A stretch of DNA of 64,000 bases, taken from assembly GCA_963816145.1 (NCBI GenBank), contig CAWFJP010000003.1, positions 32,001-96,000 of the forward strand. Reading direction: 5' to 3'. The position numbers and the translations under genes were made by a program. Positions within the stretch are counted from its first letter, which is position 1; the number at the start of each line of letters is the position of its first letter. Below the pieces are notes generated by a model. That model did no database searches. It had not been told where the DNA came from and was given only the letters and a program-made list of their open reading frames with translations. Source of the stretch: an uncultured delta proteobacterium (GTDB taxonomy: Bacteria > Desulfobacterota > Binatia > UBA9968). Positions 60,772-64,000 of this stretch are shown one piece after another.

Positions 60772-61053
60772 ATGAAAGCAATTTGGGAAGATGCCGTTGT
60801 CGCCGAGTCCGACCAAACCATTGTGGTGGAAGGCAATCATTATTTCCCGCCGGATTCGATCAAGAAGGATTGCTTTGGTCCCAGCGACACGCATACGACG
60901 TGCCCCTGGAAGGGTGTCGCTAGCTACTACAACGTGAAGGTTGGCGAAAAGGTCAACGCGGATGCCGCTTGGTTCTATCCCGATCCCAAGGAAGCGGCTA
61001 AGTCAATCAAGGATTATGTAGCGTTTTGGCGCGGCGTAAAAATCGCGGAATAG
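60772..61053 (+). CDS. DUF427 (NTP_transf_9) protein
   Basis: VVAES..VVEGNHYFP, TCPWKG.ASYY, DAAWFYP, VAFW; AAGGA RBS. Confidence 0.9.
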   Translation: MKAIWEDAVVAESDQTIVVEGNHYFPPDSIKKDCFGPSDTHTTCPWKGVASYYNVKVGEKVNADAAWFYPDPKEAAKSIKDYVAFWRGVKIAE

Positions 61054-61064
61054 GGATCCCGTCG

Positions 61065-61865
61065 ATGAAAGTTTTGCAGCTCGCCTCCTGCATGGCGGAA
61101 AATACCGAACCCTTCTGTAGCGCAATCGCCGAGATCCTCGAGATCGAGGTCGGGATCCCGTTTGAATATGTCACGGGAATTCCTTGGCAAGAACGCGAGC
61201 GTTTATTCGACTTGGGCGAAATCCAGATTCTTTGGCTGTGTGGCCTGCCCTATGTCAGCAAAGCCGATCTCGTTGACAGCGGCATGGAACTGCTTGCAGT
61301 GCCGGTCCCAGCGGGGCCGCGCTACCATGGGCGGCCGGTGTATTTTTCCGATGTTATCGTGCATCGAAAAAGCTCATTCGAGTCGTTCGTCGATCTACGA
61401 GGCGCCGCCTTCGCCTATAACGAGCCGCGTTCCCATTCTGGATTCAATGTCGTGCGCGCTTACTTGGCCGAACTCGGCCAGCGCGACGGTTACTTCGGCA
61501 GCGTCGTCGAATCCGGCGCCCATGCGCGGTCGATCGAAATGATTCTATCGGGCTCGGTTGATTGTGCGGCGATCGACAGCACTGTATTGGAGTGGTTCCA
61601 GGCTCAGCGATGGGTTTTTCGCGACGAGCTGCGCGTTATCGAAACCATCGGCCCTAGTCCGATTCCGCCCTGGGTGGTTTCGACGAAATTGTCCGCCGAT
61701 CTACGCTGCCAAATCCGCCAGCTGCTGCTGAAACTCCACTTACTTCCACGAGGCCGGGCCGCGTTGGCGCAGGCGCAACTGGCGAAATTTATTTCTGCCG
61801 AGGATCGCGACTACGACCCGATTCGCCGCATGGCGCGCGTGGCGGAATCGGTTTTGCTCGCTTAG
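61065..61865 (+). CDS. PhnD/SsuA/transferrin-like binding protein without a signal peptide
   Basis: LCGLPY, YFSDVIV, DLRG..FAYNEPRSHSG, GAHARSI, AAIDS, PIPPWV; no hydrophobic N-terminal leader or lipobox. Confidence 0.85.
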   Translation: MKVLQLASCMAENTEPFCSAIAEILEIEVGIPFEYVTGIPWQERERLFDLGEIQILWLCGLPYVSKADLVDSGMELLAVPVPAGPRYHGRPVYFSDVIVHRKSSFESFVDLRGAAFAYNEPRSHSGFNVVRAYLAELGQRDGYFGSVVESGAHARSIEMILSGSVDCAAIDSTVLEWFQAQRWVFRDELRVIETIGPSPIPPWVVSTKLSADLRCQIRQLLLKLHLLPRGRAALAQAQLAKFISAEDRDYDPIRRMARVAESVLLA

Positions 61866-61931
61866 AGTCTATGCTAGAACATTCACCGTGCGCAGGAGCA
61901 CATCGCTAAGACAAGAAGGAGGTCAACGAGA

Positions 61932-62396
61932 ATGGCGAGTTTAGAAGGCAAGAAAGCGCCGGCGTTTAGCCTTGAGGGCAACGATGGCAAGAACCATTCG
62001 TTGGAAGATTACAAAGGTAAAACGGTGGTGATGTTTTTCTATCCAAAAGACAGCACCCCTGGCTGAACTAAGGAAGCTTGCGGGTTCCGTGATTTGAACC
62101 CCTCACTCAAAAAGAAAAATGTTGTCGTTCTTGGCGTCAGCAAAGACACCATCGAGTCGCACAACAAGTTTGCCGAGAAGTATCAGTTGCCCTACGTGCT
62201 GCTGTCGGACCCCAAAACCGAAGTCATGAAAAAATACAGCGCGTTCGGCAAGAAGATGATGTATGGCAAGGAAGTGCAGGGAACGATTCGCTCGACCGTT
62301 GTCATCGGCCCTAAAGGCGATGTAATCAAACATTGGCCGACGGTCAAGAAGGCCGAGGAACATCCGAAAGAAGTGCTGGCGTTCCTCAATGGCTAA
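61932..62396 (+). CDS. bcp: Second selenocysteine-containing peroxiredoxin (BCP/PrxQ family), 154 aa, Sec45
   Basis: AAGGAGGT RBS and ATG 61932 give [14 protein letters not shown]...[10 protein letters not shown]-[TGA 62064-62066]-TKEACGFRD..., in frame with the track ORF 62094..62396. Confidence 0.92.
62074..62095 (+). promoter_or_regulatory. Candidate bacterial SECIS hairpin 2
   Basis: TTGCGG-GTT-CCGTGA stem (two G.U pairs) at the same distance from UGA as hairpin 1; the core TGCGGGTTCCG is identical in both. Confidence 0.65.
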
Positions 62397-62459
62397 TTCG
62401 ATTCCCTCGGTACTTTACATGAGCGCAATTGCGTCCGGTTTCATCGTAATAAATTAGGA

Positions 62460-62487
62460 TTGACATCGGCTCATGGCGTGATATTTT
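62460..62487 (+). promoter_or_regulatory. Putative sigma70 promoter for the transglutaminase-like gene
   Basis: TTGACA-N16-TATTTT with an extended -10 TG. Confidence 0.45.
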
Positions 62488-62528
62488 TCCGTCATCGTAA
62501 ATTTCTATCTCTTTAAGAGGGTGAAACT

Positions 62529-63626
62529 ATGCATCGACGGGAGTTTTTGAAGCAGGGATTGAGCGCCTCGGCGGGATTGGCCTTGGCGGGCATGCCCAGG
62601 TTTGCCGGTTGGGCCTACGCAGACGACCCGACCAAGTGGCGCACTTTTGAAGTCACAACGATTATCGAGGTTAAGGATGCGGTGGGTGGTGTGCGCGCCT
62701 GGGTTCCGGTGCCCTTAACCACCAATACGGATTATTTCAAACGCGAACCCGATACCTGGACCGGCAACTTCAAATCCGCGCGGGCGGTGCAGTATGACAA
62801 ATATGGCACCGGTATTGTTTTCGCGGAATGGGCTCCGAGCGAAAAGGCCCCCCAGCTGGAAGTAAAAAGCAAGTTCATGACCCGCGACCGGGCGATCGAT
62901 GTGAACGGCAAACCGGCGGCCGCGGCAAAAGAAAACGCCGCGGTGCTCAACTATTTCCGCCAGCCCTCCAAATTGATCCGCACCGACGGTGTCGTCGCCA
63001 GCACTTCGAAGAGCATCGTGATGGGGTATAAGAACGATGTCGATAAGGCCAAAGCGATTTACGAATGGATTGTCGACAACACCTTCCGCGACGCCAAGGT
63101 CAAAGGTTGCGGCATCGGCGATATCTCAACCATGCTCGAAAGTGGCTACTTAGGCGGCAAGTGCGCCGATCTAAATGCGCTCTATGTCGGTCTCGCGCGC
63201 GCCGCCGGTTTGCCCGCCCGCGATGTCTACGGCATTCGTGTCGCGAATTCTTCGGAGTTTAAGAGCTTGGGGCGCGCTGACGACATCACCGGGGCGCAGC
63301 ATTGCCGCGCCGAGGTCTATCTCAATGGCCTTGGCTGGACGCCGGTGGATCCTGCCGACGTGCGCAAAGTCGTCCTCGAAGAGAATTTGCCAGGCGAACC
63401 GTTACCGTTGACCGATGCCAAGGTCAAACGGGCGCGAGAGAAATTGTTTGGCGCCTGGGAAATGAACTGGCTGCCGTACAACTACGGTCACGACATCAAA
63501 CTGCCCGGATCGAAGCTGCCAGAAATCGCCTTCCTAATGTATCCGCAATTGGAAACCGCCAACGGCCGACGCGACAGTCTGGACCCGGCGAATTTCAAAT
63601 ACACGATCAAGTCGAAAGAAGTCTAA
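62529..63626 (+). CDS. Tat-exported transglutaminase-like (Cys-His-Asp) protein
   Basis: RREFLK twin-arginine leader ending AYA; GGKCADLN, QHCRAE, PVDPAD. Confidence 0.9.
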   Translation: MHRREFLKQGLSASAGLALAGMPRFAGWAYADDPTKWRTFEVTTIIEVKDAVGGVRAWVPVPLTTNTDYFKREPDTWTGNFKSARAVQYDKYGTGIVFAEWAPSEKAPQLEVKSKFMTRDRAIDVNGKPAAAAKENAAVLNYFRQPSKLIRTDGVVASTSKSIVMGYKNDVDKAKAIYEWIVDNTFRDAKVKGCGIGDISTMLESGYLGGKCADLNALYVGLARAAGLPARDVYGIRVANSSEFKSLGRADDITGAQHCRAEVYLNGLGWTPVDPADVRKVVLEENLPGEPLPLTDAKVKRAREKLFGAWEMNWLPYNYGHDIKLPGSKLPEIAFLMYPQLETANGRRDSLDPANFKYTIKSKEV

Positions 63627-63652
63627 AATTCTCATCCTGAAGCGGGTTTCGT

Positions 63653-63688
63653 AAGCGAGGCCTCCACATTGTGGGGGCCTCGCTTTTT
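63653..63688 (+). terminator. Rho-independent terminator
   Basis: AGCGAGGCCTCCAC-ATT-GTGGGGGCCTCGCT followed by a T run. Confidence 0.75.
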
Positions 63689-63719
63689 GTAAGAGCTGGG
63701 CTGGAGAAGAGGGGGAATA

Positions 63720-63791
63720 TCACCACAGAGGGCACAGTGATCACAGAGAAATTGAATCTTATCTCTGTGTGCTCTGTGATCTCTGTGGTGA
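63720..63791. repeat. Inverted 9-mer array (CACAGAGnn x3 / CTCTGTG x3)
   Basis: TCACCACAGAG GGCACAGTG ATCACAGAG ... CTCTGTGTG CTCTGTGAT CTCTGTGGTGA. Confidence 0.8.
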
Positions 63792-63846
63792 CAAATCCTG
63801 CCGCTTGATGCGCGACCCCTCACGGTTATGAGGGATCACCGGCAAA

Positions 63847-63999
63847 TTACCGGCTCAAAGCTTCTTGGATCGCACGAGCGACATAAACATGAGTGAGATG
63901 AGCGCGGTATTCGGAAGATCCGTTGATGTCTTCGATCACTTCGATATTGCGCGTCGACTCGGCGGCCGCGTCCTCAATCAATTTTGCGTCGAGCTTCTT
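63847..63999 (-). CDS. C-terminus of a CoxM/XdhB-like FAD-binding subunit (truncated by the window edge)
   Basis: Manual translation KKLDAKLIEDAAAESTRNIEVIEDINGSSEYRAHLTHVYVARAIQEALSR* matches the D..GS.EYR..L motif of the CO-dehydrogenase flavoprotein C-terminal domain. Confidence 0.75.
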   Translation of the reverse strand, partial: KKLDAKLIEDAAAESTRNIEVIEDINGSSEYRAHLTHVYVARAIQEALSR

Positions 64000-64000
64000 G

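Noticed and set aside
60744-60772. Sec readthrough of the synthase TGA stop into DUF427
   Set aside because: The two genes are in different frames, and the synthase ends at the normal FRC motif.
59388-61865. Calling this a canonical senABC or egtBD cluster
   Set aside because: No SenB glycosyltransferase, SelD or EgtD is adjacent. The GT2 at 24190 and the methyltransferase at 49029 belong to other families and contexts.
1-64000. tRNA (including tRNA-Sec), rRNA or riboswitch
   Set aside because: I recognised no cloverleaf or conserved RNA motif by eye in the intergenic regions. A covariance-model scan would be needed to exclude them fully.

Overview
Bacterial chromosomal segment in genetic code 11; the gene content and style suggest Candidatus Binatia or a related former-Deltaproteobacteria lineage (inference). 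From left to right it holds: the 3' part of a hybrid PKS-NRPS (ACP-aminotransferase-C-A-PCP) with a decayed A-domain gene behind it; ftsH; a complete ccmABCDEFGH operon; a housekeeping block (icd, mdh, sucCD, ndk, rlmN, mtnP, pfkB, GT2, ugd, uxs, galE-like, lepA, lepB); a frameshifted Lhr helicase with an in-frame repeat-derived insert; an accessory zone (orphan Mo-hydroxylase large subunit, UbiD plus a Cys-less racemase-fold protein, two orphan NMT1-type binding proteins, a stand-alone A-PCP, an IS110/Y1-transposase chimera); and thiI with several small enzymes. The main finding is at about 57.8-62.4 kb. Two BCP/PrxQ peroxiredoxin genes that the ORF track truncates both carry an in-frame TGA exactly at the peroxidatic Cys (TPG-U-TKEAC), each followed by a conserved SECIS-like hairpin. 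They bracket a CysL-like LysR regulator, a fungal-Egt1-like sulfoxide synthase (no egtD or senB in the window), a DUF427 protein and a PhnD-like binding protein with no signal peptide. This is a candidate uncharacterised selenium/sulfur antioxidant or metabolite cassette. No rRNA, tRNA or CRISPR array was seen.
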